Below, one piece after another: positions 27,881 through 37,982 of a stretch of 58,361 bases of DNA; position 1 is the first letter of the stretch; each line of letters begins with the position of its first letter. The notes beneath the pieces were generated by a model. It worked only from the letters and a program-made list of their open reading frames with translations. It was not told where the DNA came from and did not search any database. The position numbers were made by a program, and so were the translations under genes. Source of the stretch: an uncultured Pseudomonadota bacterium (GTDB taxonomy: Bacteria; Pseudomonadota; Gammaproteobacteria; Burkholderiales; Casimicrobiaceae). The DNA lies in NCBI GenBank assembly GCA_937958295.1, contig CALFEY010000080.1:1-58361 (forward strand). Reading direction: 5' to 3'.

Positions 27881-30037
27881 ATGGAATCCACCGAGAAACT
27901 CCTCCAGGTCCCCGCCGGACGCTTCGCGGCAGGTGGGGAGCTGCCCGGTGTGACCGCCCCCGCTACTCCGCCGCTCAATCGCGAGCTATCGCTGCTCGAT
28001 TTCAATCGCCGCGTCCTGGCGCTCGCCGGGGACCGGGGCGTGCCGCTGCTCGAGCGACTGCGCTTCCTGTGCATCGTCGGCAGCAACCTCGATGAATTCT
28101 TCGAGATCCGCGTGGCGGGGGTGAAGGAGCAGCTACGCGCGCGGCTGGCACCGCCGGGCCTCACGCTGCCCGAGCTGCGCGAGCTCGCGGTGCGACTGGG
28201 CGACGAAGCGCGGGCGCTCATCGCTCGCCAGTACGCCGTGCTGAACGACGAGGTCCTGCCGGCGCTCGCGGATGCCGGCGTGCGCCTCATCCGCCGCACC
28301 GAGTTCACGCGCAAGGAGCGCCAGTGGGCCGCGCGCTATTTCGCGCAGGAAGTGCGGCCGTTGCTCACGCCCATCGGGCTCGATCCGGCGCATCCGTTTC
28401 CGCAGGTGGTCAACAAGAGCCTCAATTTCGTCGTGGAGCTCTCGGGCAAGGATGCCTTCGGCCGCAGCACCGGCATTGCGATCGTCAAGGCGCCCCGCGT
28501 GTTGCCGCGCGTGATCCGCATTCCGCCGGAGGTGTCCGGCGATGCGCACGCTTTCGTGATGCTCTCCTCCGTGCTGCATGCGCACCTGGCGGAGATGTTC
28601 CCCGGCCGCGAGGTCGTGGCCTACTCGCAGTTCCGCGTCACGCGCGATGCCGACCTGTGGATCGACGAGGAGGAGGTCAAGAACCTGCGCCAGGCGCTGC
28701 AGGGCGAGTTGCCGCAGCGGCAGTTCGGCTCGGCCGTGCGCCTGGAGGTGGCCGCGGAATGCCCGTCGACACTGGCCCGCTTCCTCCTCGGCCAGTTCGG
28801 GCTCGCCGATGAGGACCTTTATCGCTGCGACGGCCCGGTCAACATCGCAAGGCTCGCCTCGCTCGTGGACCAGGTGGACATCGCAGCGCTGAAGTACGAA
28901 CCCTTCGTGCCCGGGCTGCCGGCGCGGCTGTCCGCCGCGCCGGACATCCTCTCGGCCATCCGCGCGCAGGACATCCTGCTCCATCACCCGTACCAGTCCT
29001 TCGAGCCGGTGGTGGATTTCATCCGCTCGGCGGCGGAGGACGAGGACGTTGCCGCCATCAAGCAGACCGTCTATCGCACCGGCGTGAACTCGGTGCTCAT
29101 GGACGCGCTGGTGGAGGCGGCGCGTCGCGGCAAGGAAGTTACCGTGGTGGTGGAGCTGATGGCGCGCTTCGACGAGCAGGCGAACATGAACTGGGCCGAG
29201 AGGCTGGAGCGCGCCGGCGCCCAGGTGGTGTACGGCGTGTTCGGGCTCAAGACGCACGCCAAGCTCGCCCTCGTGATCCGGCGTGAGCGGGACCGCCGCG
29301 GCCGTTCGCGCCTCGTGCCGTACGCGCACCTGGGCACCGGCAACTATCACCCGCGCACCACGACGCTGTACACGGATTTCGGTCTGCTCACCGCCGACCC
29401 CGCGCTGTGCGCGGACGTGAACGAGGTGTTCCTGCACATCACGAGCCTCGCGCGCGCCGGGCGCATGCGCAAGCTCCTGCTCGCGCCGTTCACCATGCAC
29501 CGGCGCATCCTCGAGATGATCCGTCGCGAGATCCGCCATGCGCGCGAGGGCCGGCCGGCGCGCATCGTCGCCAAGATGAACGCGCTGGTGGAGGAGGGCG
29601 TGATTCGCGCGCTCTACGCGGCGTCCGCGGCTGGGGTATCCATCGACCTCATCGTGCGCGGGGCCTGCGCGCTGCGGCCGGGTGTGCCGGGCGTGTCGGA
29701 GAACATCCGCGTGCGCTCCGTGCTGGGACGCTTCCTCGAGCACCATCGCGTGTGGTGCTTCGGCAACGGGGGCACGCCCGATGTGTGGCTGTCATCGGCC
29801 GACTGGATGGGCCGCAACCTGTTTCGCCGCGTGGAGGTGGCCTTCCCCATCCGCGATCCGGAGCTCCGCAAGCGCGTGATCGAGGAAGGGTTGGCGGTGT
29901 ATCTTGCCGATAACCGCGACGCCTGGGCGCTCGATGCCAAAGGCATGTGGGCGCGGGTGCGCAGCCGCGGCAAGCCGCGCTCGGCGCAGGCGGAACTCCT
30001 GGCCCGCCTGCGGGCACCGAAAGAGCCGGGCGAATGA
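27881..30037 (+). CDS. ppk1: Polyphosphate kinase 1
   Basis: NRELSLLDFN, LHHPY, ARFDE, KTHAK, TGNY, GRFLEH, SADWMGRN. Confidence 0.97.
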   Translation: MESTEKLLQVPAGRFAAGGELPGVTAPATPPLNRELSLLDFNRRVLALAGDRGVPLLERLRFLCIVGSNLDEFFEIRVAGVKEQLRARLAPPGLTLPELRELAVRLGDEARALIARQYAVLNDEVLPALADAGVRLIRRTEFTRKERQWAARYFAQEVRPLLTPIGLDPAHPFPQVVNKSLNFVVELSGKDAFGRSTGIAIVKAPRVLPRVIRIPPEVSGDAHAFVMLSSVLHAHLAEMFPGREVVAYSQFRVTRDADLWIDEEEVKNLRQALQGELPQRQFGSAVRLEVAAECPSTLARFLLGQFGLADEDLYRCDGPVNIARLASLVDQVDIAALKYEPFVPGLPARLSAAPDILSAIRAQDILLHHPYQSFEPVVDFIRSAAEDEDVAAIKQTVYRTGVNSVLMDALVEAARRGKEVTVVVELMARFDEQANMNWAERLERAGAQVVYGVFGLKTHAKLALVIRRERDRRGRSRLVPYAHLGTGNYHPRTTTLYTDFGLLTADPALCADVNEVFLHITSLARAGRMRKLLLAPFTMHRRILEMIRREIRHAREGRPARIVAKMNALVEEGVIRALYAASAAGVSIDLIVRGACALRPGVPGVSENIRVRSVLGRFLEHHRVWCFGNGGTPDVWLSSADWMGRNLFRRVEVAFPIRDPELRKRVIEEGLAVYLADNRDAWALDAKGMWARVRSRGKPRSAQAELLARLRAPKEPGE

Positions 30038-30071
30038 CGACGCGCGCAACGATAATGGTGGGGGCCTTGCG

Positions 30072-30524
30072 ATGGACCTGATCCTGTGGCGGCATGCCGA
30101 AGCCGAGCCGGGCGAGCCCGACCTCGGGCGGCGCCTGACTCCCAAGGGTGTGAAGCAGGCCGAGCGCATGGCGCTGTGGCTCGATGCCCACCTGCCCGAC
30201 ACCTGCCGCATCCTGGTGTCGCCCGCCGACCGCGCGCAGCAGACGGCCCTGGCTCTCGACCGCAAGTTCCGCACGGTGCCGGAGATCGCGCCGGGCGCGA
30301 GCGTGGCGGCCGTGCTGTCCGCCGCCAACTGGCCGGAGTCGCGCGAGCCCGTGCTGGTGGTCGGGCACCAGCCCACGCTGGGCATGGTGGCCTCGTTCCT
30401 CCTGGCCGGGGAGGAGGCCTACTGGTCCGTGCGCAAGAGCGCGGTGTGGTGGCTGTCCGACCGTGCGAAGGAAGGCGGCGCGGCGGTGGTATTGAAGGCC
30501 GCGTTGAGTCCGGACTTCCTCTAG
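30072..30524 (+). CDS. sixA: SixA-type histidine phosphatase
   Basis: LWRHAEA, SPADRAQQT, VGHQP. Confidence 0.85.
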   Translation: MDLILWRHAEAEPGEPDLGRRLTPKGVKQAERMALWLDAHLPDTCRILVSPADRAQQTALALDRKFRTVPEIAPGASVAAVLSAANWPESREPVLVVGHQPTLGMVASFLLAGEEAYWSVRKSAVWWLSDRAKEGGAAVVLKAALSPDFL

Positions 30525-30543
30525 CGCGGGTGCGCCCGCGCGC

Positions 30544-32037
30544 TCACGCCTTCCAGAGGCGTCCCACGGACTGCCATTCGGCGCGCTCGAGATCGAGCAG
30601 GTGTTCCGTCAGCGGATGCGCCTTCAGCCACTTCTTGGCCACGGCGAAGCGGATCGTCTTGCCCATCCGGACCACGAGGCGGGGGGGGTCGATGGCCCGG
30701 CGCGCATGGTGGAACAGGACTGCCAGCCGCAGGGCCAGCACCTGGGCAGCGAAGTCGAGGTGAGTGGCCACCTGCGGCATCTTCGACAGGCCGCCCCGGC
30801 AGCCCAGCACCAGCGCGGCCAGGTAGCGCTGCTCCTGCGCGGAGAAGCCCGGCATGTCGGCGTTCTCGAGGATGTAGGCGCCATGCTTGTGAAAGCCGAT
30901 ATGCGAGACGGTGTAGCCGATCTCGTGCAGGAGCGCCGCCCACTCGACGCGCTGCGCGAACTGCGCATCGGGCGTGGGCGAGGCCGCGAGGTAGATGGCC
31001 TTGGCCATCGCGGCCACGCGCTTCGCGTGCGGTCGGTCGATGTGGTAGCGCTCGGAAAAACTGTCCACCGTCACGGCGCGGCTGTCACGCTGCTCGGTGC
31101 GGCCGAGGAGGTCATGCAGCACGCCCAGGCGCAGCGCGCCGCCGACCGGATTGATGCGCGAGACGCCGAGCTCGGCCATCGCCGCGGCCATGATCGAGAA
31201 GCCGCCCGCGAGCACCGGCGCCCGTTCCGGCTTGACGCCCGGCAGCACGAGCCGCGAGATGCGCCCCGCATCGATCATCTTGCGGCGCAGGCGGGCGAGG
31301 CCGTCGCGGGTGATGCCTCCGGCCGACAGGCCGTTTTCCTCCAGGATGGCGGCGAGGGCGAGGGCGGTGCCGGACGAGGCGAAGGCCTCCTTCCAGTGCT
31401 CGGGACCGAACTCGCGGGCAATGGCCTCGATCTCGGCGCGGGCGTGCGTCTCCGCCTCGCTGAAGGCGGCCGCGCGCAACTCGCCCCGCGGGAAGAACGT
31501 CCTCGTCATGCTCACGCAGCCGATCTTGAGCGACTCGAGCCGCTCGGGCGTCATGCCCCGGCCGATGATCACCTCGGTGGAGCCGCCGCCGATGTCGATC
31601 ACGAGGCGCGGCTCGGTGGAGGCCGGCAGCACGTGGGCCACGCCGAGGTAGATGAGCCGCGCCTCCTCGTGGCCGCCGATGATGTCGATGGGAAAACCCA
31701 GGGCGGCTTCCGCTTGCGGGAGGAACGTTGCGGCATTGCGCGCGACGCGAAAGGTGTTGGTCGCCACGGCCCGCACGGCGGACGGGTGCAGTCCCGACAG
31801 ACGCTCCCGGAAGCGTGCGAGGCACGCCAGCGCCGCCTTGCGTGCCACGAGCGTGAGGTTGCCCTTTTCGTCCATGCCGGCGCCGAAGCGGATCGTCTCG
31901 CGCCACGTGTCGAGCCGGAAGATCTGGCTGCCTTCCACCCGGCCGATCTCGAGACGGAAGCTATTGCTCCCCAAGTCCACCACGGCGAGCGTGGAAGGGC
32001 GGGCAAACGAGGTCAGGCGCGCGAGGGCGTTGGGCAT
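30544..32037 (-). CDS. ppx: Exopolyphosphatase (Ppx/GppA)
   Basis: DLGSNSF, EEARLIY, DIGGGSTE, LLHEIG. Confidence 0.95.
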   Translation of the reverse strand: MPNALARLTSFARPSTLAVVDLGSNSFRLEIGRVEGSQIFRLDTWRETIRFGAGMDEKGNLTLVARKAALACLARFRERLSGLHPSAVRAVATNTFRVARNAATFLPQAEAALGFPIDIIGGHEEARLIYLGVAHVLPASTEPRLVIDIGGGSTEVIIGRGMTPERLESLKIGCVSMTRTFFPRGELRAAAFSEAETHARAEIEAIAREFGPEHWKEAFASSGTALALAAILEENGLSAGGITRDGLARLRRKMIDAGRISRLVLPGVKPERAPVLAGGFSIMAAAMAELGVSRINPVGGALRLGVLHDLLGRTEQRDSRAVTVDSFSERYHIDRPHAKRVAAMAKAIYLAASPTPDAQFAQRVEWAALLHEIGYTVSHIGFHKHGAYILENADMPGFSAQEQRYLAALVLGCRGGLSKMPQVATHLDFAAQVLALRLAVLFHHARRAIDPPRLVVRMGKTIRFAVAKKWLKAHPLTEHLLDLERAEWQSVGRLWKA

Positions 32038-32196
32038 GCGGAAAGGCGCGTGGCGAGGCGGGCGGCGCGCGAAGCCTAGCAGAAAGGCGTGGCGGCGCGG
32101 TGGTGGCGCGGTAAGCCCCGGGTGGCGCTGCGCCGCACCGACCTGCTACTCTCGAAAGTTCGCCGCAAGATCGGCGCGCGACCCGCCCGACCCGCC

Positions 32197-33711
32197 ATGC
32201 CCATCGACTATCTCCAGAAAATCCTCACCGCCAAGGTCTACGACGTGGCGGTGGAATCGCCCCTCGACGAAGCAGTGACGCTCTCGCGGCGCCTGCGCAA
32301 CCGGGTGCTCCTCAAGCGCGAAGACGAGCAGTCGGTGTTCTCGTTCAAGCTGCGGGGTGCCTACAACAAGATGGCGCACCTGTCGGTCGCGGAGCGCGCG
32401 AAGGGCGTGATCGCGGCGTCGGCCGGCAATCACGCGCAGGGGGTGGCCCTGGCAGCGCAGCGGCTCTCGTGTGTCGCCACGATCGTGATGCCGGTGACCA
32501 CGCCCAACATCAAGATCGCGGCCGTGGAGGCGCGCGGGGCGAAGGTCGTGCTCCACGGCGACTCCTACTCGGATGCCTACGACGAGGCGCAGCGCCTGCA
32601 GGCCAAGACGGGCGCCACGTTCGTGCACCCGTACGACGACCCCGATGTCATCGCGGGCCAGGGCACGATCGGCATGGAGATCCTGCGCCAATGCCAGGGG
32701 CCGCTCGACGCGATCTTCGTGGCCGTGGGCGGGGGCGGGCTCATTTCCGGTATCGCGTCCTACGTCAAGCGGGTGCGGCCGGCGGTGAAGGTCATCGGCG
32801 TGCAGCCGGTGGACTCCGATGCGATGACCCGATCGATCGCCGCCGGACGTCGCGTGCGGCTGTCGCACGTGGGCCTGTTTGCCGATGGCGTGGCGGTCAA
32901 GCAGGTGGGCCGCGAGACGTTTCGCATCGCGCGCGAGCTCGTCGACGAGATGATCACGGTGGATACGGACGCCACCTGCGCGGCCATCAAGGACGTGTTC
33001 GAGGACACCCGGTCCATCCTCGAGCCCGCCGGGGCGCTGGCTGTGGCCGGCATCAAGGCCTGGTGCGAGACCCATCGTGGCGAGGGACGCACGTACGTGG
33101 CCATCGCCTGCGGTGCCAACATGAACTTCGATCGCCTGCGCTTCGTGGCCGAGCGCGCGGAGCTGGGCGAGGCACGTGAGGCGATCTTCGCGGTGACCAT
33201 TCCCGAGCGGCCGGGCAGCTTCCGGGCCTTCTGCGCGTTGCTCGGCAAGCGCAGCGTCACCGAGTTCAACTACCGCTATGCCGATGCCACCAAGGCGCAT
33301 CTGTTCGTGGGCGTTGAGGTGGCGGGCCGCAAGGCCACCGCAGAGCTCCTGGCGTTGTTCCACAAGCACGGCATCGAGGCCTACGACCTGTCCGACAACG
33401 AGATGGCCAAGCTGCACGTGCGCCACCTCGTGGGCGGCCACGCCCCGGCGGCCGAGCACGAACTACTCTATCGCTTCGAGTTCCCGGAACGGCCCGGCGC
33501 GCTCCTGCGCTTTCTCGACAGCATGAGCGCCGGGTGGAACATCAGCCTCTTCCACTACCGCAACCATGGCGCCGACTACGGCCGCGTCCTGGTGGGCATG
33601 CAGGTGCCGCCGACGGACAAGGCCGATTTCCGACGTTTTCTGGACCGGCTCGGCTACACGTACGTGGACGAGTCCGCCAACCCGGCCTATCGGATGTTCC
33701 TCGCGAGCTGA
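32197..33711 (+). CDS. ilvA: Biosynthetic threonine ammonia-lyase
   Basis: FSFKLRGA (PLP Lys), SAGNHAQG, two C-terminal PERPG regulatory repeats; ATG 32197. Confidence 0.97.
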   Translation: MPIDYLQKILTAKVYDVAVESPLDEAVTLSRRLRNRVLLKREDEQSVFSFKLRGAYNKMAHLSVAERAKGVIAASAGNHAQGVALAAQRLSCVATIVMPVTTPNIKIAAVEARGAKVVLHGDSYSDAYDEAQRLQAKTGATFVHPYDDPDVIAGQGTIGMEILRQCQGPLDAIFVAVGGGGLISGIASYVKRVRPAVKVIGVQPVDSDAMTRSIAAGRRVRLSHVGLFADGVAVKQVGRETFRIARELVDEMITVDTDATCAAIKDVFEDTRSILEPAGALAVAGIKAWCETHRGEGRTYVAIACGANMNFDRLRFVAERAELGEAREAIFAVTIPERPGSFRAFCALLGKRSVTEFNYRYADATKAHLFVGVEVAGRKATAELLALFHKHGIEAYDLSDNEMAKLHVRHLVGGHAPAAEHELLYRFEFPERPGALLRFLDSMSAGWNISLFHYRNHGADYGRVLVGMQVPPTDKADFRRFLDRLGYTYVDESANPAYRMFLAS

Positions 33712-33981
33712 CCGCGCTCCCGGACCGCGCCCGCCGACGGCATTGACTGCCGCACCGCGGCACATTGGCTGAATGAAAGTTGCCGTGGTGTTGCATTTGC
33801 CGCGTTTTGGGCCCAGCCGGCCCATTCCGGCAAGCTTTATGCTCTAGGCACAGGGCCGGCCACGTGGCAGACTTGAACACGACAACTGCGGAGCGTCCGG
33901 CGCGCGCGGCGGTTTTGCCGGTACCGGTCGGGCACGACGCCGCATTGTTCGCAGTCCGAGGGGTGGAAGGAGCACGAGGCA

Positions 33982-34380
33982 GTGGCAGACCAGAACCCTT
34001 TGCAGGGCGTGAAGGTCATGGTGATCGACGACTCGAACACGATTCGCCGCAGCGCGGAGATCTTCCTGCTGCAGGCGGGGTGCACGGTCATCCTCGCCGA
34101 GGACGGCTTCGACGCGCTGGCCAAGATCGCCGACCATCGCCCGGACGTCGTGTTCGTCGACATCATGATGCCCCGGCTCGATGGCTACCAGACATGCGCG
34201 CTCATCAAAAAGAATGCGCGCTTCAACGTTACGCCGGTGATCATGCTGTCGTCGAAGGACGGCTTGTTCGACCGGGCGCGGGGCCGCATGGTGGGCTCGG
34301 ATCAGTACCTCACCAAGCCGTTCACCAAGGAGAGCCTGCTCAAGGCCGTGGCGGCGCACGTGAACAGGGCAGCGGCATGA
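33982..34380 (+). CDS. pilG: Twitching motility response regulator PilG
   Basis: Single REC domain (IDDSNTIRRSAE, DIMMP, SSKDGLFDRARG); GTG start after AAGGAG. Confidence 0.93.
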   Translation: MADQNPLQGVKVMVIDDSNTIRRSAEIFLLQAGCTVILAEDGFDALAKIADHRPDVVFVDIMMPRLDGYQTCALIKKNARFNVTPVIMLSSKDGLFDRARGRMVGSDQYLTKPFTKESLLKAVAAHVNRAAA

Positions 34381-34430
34381 GCCCGCCGGGCCGTCCCAAG
34401 GGCGAATGCCGGAGCGCGCAGCGCGAAGGC
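34377..34430 (+). repeat. Probable short interspersed (REP/MITE-like) element at the pilG stop codon
   Basis: ATGAGCCCGCCGGGCCGTCCCAAGGGCGAATGCCGGAGCGCGCAGCGCGAAGGC (reads MSPPGRPKGECRSAQREG). Recognised from memory as a recurring Burkholderiales intergenic sequence; only one copy in this window. Confidence 0.5.
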
Positions 34431-34492
34431 CAATTCTGGAGCTCCATGGCCGGCCGGCATCGGGGATCCGCAACCGCAGCAGGGGAGTCGCA

Positions 34493-34945
34493 GTGCCGAA
34501 CAACAGCAAGAGCCTAGAGGAAATGCGCGCCCCGGTCACGGCCGCGGAGGTCGTGGGATCGCGCAAGGCGGCGGGCAAGCCCGGCGTGAGGCGCATCCTG
34601 ATCGTCGACGACTCGCCCACCGAGCGGCACGTGCTGAACGACCTGCTCACCAAGTCGGGCTACGAGGTCGTCGCGAGCGACAACGGCGAGGACGCGATCC
34701 AGAAGGCCAAGGCCCTCAAGCCCGACCTCATCGTGATGGACGTCGTAATGCCGGGGCTCAACGGCTTCCAGGCCACGCGCGCGATCAGCCGCGACCCGGA
34801 GACGCGCACGATCCCCATCATCCTGTGCACGTCGAAGAGCCAGGAAACGGACAAGATCTGGGGCATGCGGCAAGGTGCGCGCGACTACATCGTGAAGCCC
34901 GTCAATCGCGACGAGCTTCTCGAGAAGATCGCGGCGATCGGCTGA
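34493..34945 (+). CDS. pilH: Twitching motility response regulator PilH
   Basis: REC domain (IVDDSPTE, DVVMPGLNGFQATR, QETDKIWGMRQGA). GTG 34493 follows GGGGAG; alternative ATG at 34523. Confidence 0.9.
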   Translation: MPNNSKSLEEMRAPVTAAEVVGSRKAAGKPGVRRILIVDDSPTERHVLNDLLTKSGYEVVASDNGEDAIQKAKALKPDLIVMDVVMPGLNGFQATRAISRDPETRTIPIILCTSKSQETDKIWGMRQGARDYIVKPVNRDELLEKIAAIG

Positions 34946-34961
34946 CGGCCCAGGAACCGCT

Positions 34962-35483
34962 ATGGCCCGTGCCGCGAAGCTCGATCTCCGCACGTTCCAG
35001 CAGGAGCTGGCGGCCCGGCTCGCCACGAAGACCGCCGCGCAGGTGGAGTCGTCGCGACTCGGCCTGTCCTGCGGCGGCGATCGCTGGCTCATTCGCCTCG
35101 CCGATGCCGGCGAGGTGGTCACGCTCCCCGAGATCGTTCCCGTGCCGCTCACCCGGCCGTGGTACCTCGGCGTGGCGAACATCCGCGGCAATCTCTACAG
35201 CGTGGTCGATTTCGCGCGCTTCCTCGGCCACGAGGCGCCCGCGGCCAGCACGCAGGCGCGGCTCGTGCTGTTCGGCCCCCGCGCGGGCGAGATCAATGCC
35301 GGCGTGGTCGTCACGCGCGTGATGGGATTGCGCAACGTGGCGGAGCTCGCGCCGGCGGCGCCTCCGCAAGGCGCGCCGGCGTGGTACGCGCAGCGGTGGA
35401 TGGACGGCGACGGCCACGCGTGGCAGGAGATCGATCTCGCGGTGCTCGCGCGCGATCCGGCCTTCCTGCAGGTGGGACTCTAA
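34962..35483 (+). CDS. pilI: CheW-like adaptor PilI
   Basis: [23 protein letters not shown]; position between pilH and pilJ. Confidence 0.9.
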   Translation: MARAAKLDLRTFQQELAARLATKTAAQVESSRLGLSCGGDRWLIRLADAGEVVTLPEIVPVPLTRPWYLGVANIRGNLYSVVDFARFLGHEAPAASTQARLVLFGPRAGEINAGVVVTRVMGLRNVAELAPAAPPQGAPAWYAQRWMDGDGHAWQEIDLAVLARDPAFLQVGL

Positions 35484-35532
35484 GGGGAACGGGCTGCGGC
35501 GCCCCTGGCGCTCGCACCGGGAGAAACGCACT

Positions 35533-37734
35533 ATGGCGCTCAAACTCGGCAAGTTTTTCGGTGGCGACAAGGTCAAGGACATCGATTCCGACCTCGACAT
35601 GCCCACGACGCAGGTCAAGATGGCGGCTGCCTCGCCGCCGGGCTACGACCCGCTCGCCTCCGTTTCCATCATGGAGCAGTTGCGCTCGGCCACCCCCGCG
35701 GCCGCGGCGCCCCGGCGCCTGCCGCTCATCGGCGGCCTACCGGTGGTCAAGCAGTTCCAGACACTCGGCGTGCTGATGGTGGCCTTCCTCATGCTGGCGG
35801 CCCTCATGGTGTTCCTCGATACGAGGCAGTCGGCGCAGACTTCGGCGGCTGCCGCCACGGCTACGGAAATGCAGATGCTCTCGCAGCGCCTTGCCCGCGG
35901 CAGCGCGCTCGCAGCGCAGGGCCAGACCGCCGGCTTTGCGGCGGTGAAGGAGAGCCGGGAGAAGTTCAAGACCAACTTCGAGGCCCTCATGACGGGCGGC
36001 AACACCCGCGGCGTGAGCCTCGACGTGCCGCTCGACGCGACCACCACCAAGCTCCTCAACGACGTGAAGGCGCGCTGGGAGCGCGTGGACCAGGCCGCCA
36101 ACAACCTCGTGCAGAACGAATCGAGCCTCACCACGCTGGCCAAGGGCCTGGACGCGCTCAACACCGGCAACAACGTCCTGCTCGACCTGTCGCAGCAAGC
36201 TGCGGCACAGATCGCGCAAAGCGGCGGCAGCCTGCGGGAGATCGACTACGCCAACCAGCTCGCGATCCTGTCGCAGCGCATCGCCAAGAACGCCAACGCG
36301 CTGGCGTCCTCCGACGAGATCGATCCCGAGGTCGCATTCCTCTTGGGCAAGGATAGCGGCACCTTCCGCGACATCCTCGCCGGCCTGTTGCGCGGCAGTG
36401 ACCCGCTGAGGCTTGCGCCGGTGCGCAGCGACGAGGCGAGGCTCACGCTCACGGAGCTGCAGAAGCGCTTTGCAGGCTACGAGACCGGCACCACGGCCAT
36501 CCTCAACAACATGCCGCGCCTCGTGGTGGCGAAGCAGGCGGCGCGCAGCATCAACACCGAGGCTGACGGACTCCTCGCCGACACCACGAAGCTCGCCGAG
36601 TCCTACGAGGGAAGTCCCATCCGCACGTGGACGCTGGTGGCGGCCATCGTCTTCGCTGCCCTCGCCCTTGCCGCTCTCGTGCTCCTCGGCAAGGTCTTCC
36701 TCGACGACGCGCGGTCGCGCGCCCTCGATAGCGAAGGCGAGAACAAGCGCAACCAGGAGGCCATTCTTCGACTCCTGAACGAGATGGGCAACTTGGCCGA
36801 CGGCGACCTCACGGTACAGGCCTCCGTGACCGAGGACGTGACAGGCGCCATCGCCGACTCCATCAACTTCACGATCGAGGAGTTGCGCACGCTGGTGCGC
36901 GGCATCAACTCCGCCACCGACCAGGTGACCAAGGCCACGCAGGAAACGCAGGCCATCTCGAATCGTCTGTACGAAGCTTCGCAGCGGCAGAACCGCGAAA
37001 TCCAGCAGGCCTCCGCCTCGGTGCTGCAGATGGCGCAGTCGATCAATGAAGTGTCACAAACCGCCAACCAGTCGGCGCGAGTCGCCCAGCAGTCGCTGGC
37101 CGCCGCGGAGAAGGGTGGCACGGTCGTGCAGAACCAGATCGCGGGCATGAACGAAATCCGCACGCAGATCCAGGACACGTCCAAGCGGATCAAGCGGCTC
37201 GGCGAATCGTCGATGGAAATCGGCGAGATCGTGGAGCTCATCTCCGACATTACCGAGCAGACGAACGTGCTCGCGCTAAACGCCGCGATCCAGGCGGCGT
37301 CCGCGGGCGAAGCGGGCCGTGGTTTCACAGTGGTGGCGGAAGAAGTGCAGCGCCTCGCGGAACGATCGGGTGAAGCAACCAAGCAGATCGAGGCGATCGT
37401 GAAGACCATTCAGGCGGACACTCAGGATGCCGTGGCCGCCATGGAGAAGTCGACGGTCGGCGTGGTCGAGGGAACGAAGCTCTCTGATGCCGCGGGCCAG
37501 GCGCTGACGGAAATTCAGACGGTGTCGCGCGATCTCGCGGAGCTCATCTCGCGGATCTCCACGCAGACGCAGATGCAGTCCACGTCGGTCACCGACGTGA
37601 CGCGGGGCATGCAGGGCATCCTCAAGATCACCGAGGAAACGACCGAAGGCACGAAGCAGACGAACGTGTCGATCGGGCAGCTCACCAAGCTCGCGCAGGA
37701 GCTGCGGTCGTCGGTGGCGGGTTTCAAGGTTTGA
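35533..37734 (+). CDS. pilJ: Methyl-accepting chemoreceptor PilJ
   Basis: Two TM helices, tandem (M/I)LSQR(L/I)A PilJ-type sensor repeats, [28 protein letters not shown]. Confidence 0.95.
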   Translation: MALKLGKFFGGDKVKDIDSDLDMPTTQVKMAAASPPGYDPLASVSIMEQLRSATPAAAAPRRLPLIGGLPVVKQFQTLGVLMVAFLMLAALMVFLDTRQSAQTSAAAATATEMQMLSQRLARGSALAAQGQTAGFAAVKESREKFKTNFEALMTGGNTRGVSLDVPLDATTTKLLNDVKARWERVDQAANNLVQNESSLTTLAKGLDALNTGNNVLLDLSQQAAAQIAQSGGSLREIDYANQLAILSQRIAKNANALASSDEIDPEVAFLLGKDSGTFRDILAGLLRGSDPLRLAPVRSDEARLTLTELQKRFAGYETGTTAILNNMPRLVVAKQAARSINTEADGLLADTTKLAESYEGSPIRTWTLVAAIVFAALALAALVLLGKVFLDDARSRALDSEGENKRNQEAILRLLNEMGNLADGDLTVQASVTEDVTGAIADSINFTIEELRTLVRGINSATDQVTKATQETQAISNRLYEASQRQNREIQQASASVLQMAQSINEVSQTANQSARVAQQSLAAAEKGGTVVQNQIAGMNEIRTQIQDTSKRIKRLGESSMEIGEIVELISDITEQTNVLALNAAIQAASAGEAGRGFTVVAEEVQRLAERSGEATKQIEAIVKTIQADTQDAVAAMEKSTVGVVEGTKLSDAAGQALTEIQTVSRDLAELISRISTQTQMQSTSVTDVTRGMQGILKITEETTEGTKQTNVSIGQLTKLAQELRSSVAGFKV

Positions 37735-37982
37735 CCAACGCAAAGGGCGTTCGCGAGGGCGGCGGGATTCGGATCGCCGGCGTTGCGTCTCTTGCGTTGG
37801 ACTAGAAGTCAGGCGGCCGCCGAAAGAGGGCTTGGCAAGGACGAATGTCTTGCCGCTGGAATTGCTGATCTCGCCGGTGGTCGTCACTGAGCAGGCGATT
37901 GCCATCTGCGACGTTCTCGTTCATAGCGCACGTTCGGCCGCTTGCTTGCGGTGGCGGGCGCGAAGTTTGCTGAAGGCAGCCC

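Noticed and set aside
27881-32037. ppk1-sixA-ppx cluster as a novel system
   Set aside because: A commonly seen polyphosphate gene neighbourhood; nothing unusual in the motifs.
37806-37860. GAAA-containing stem resembling a c-di-GMP-I riboswitch upstream of chpA
   Set aside because: Lacks the GGxAAA and GACGCAAAR conserved elements.
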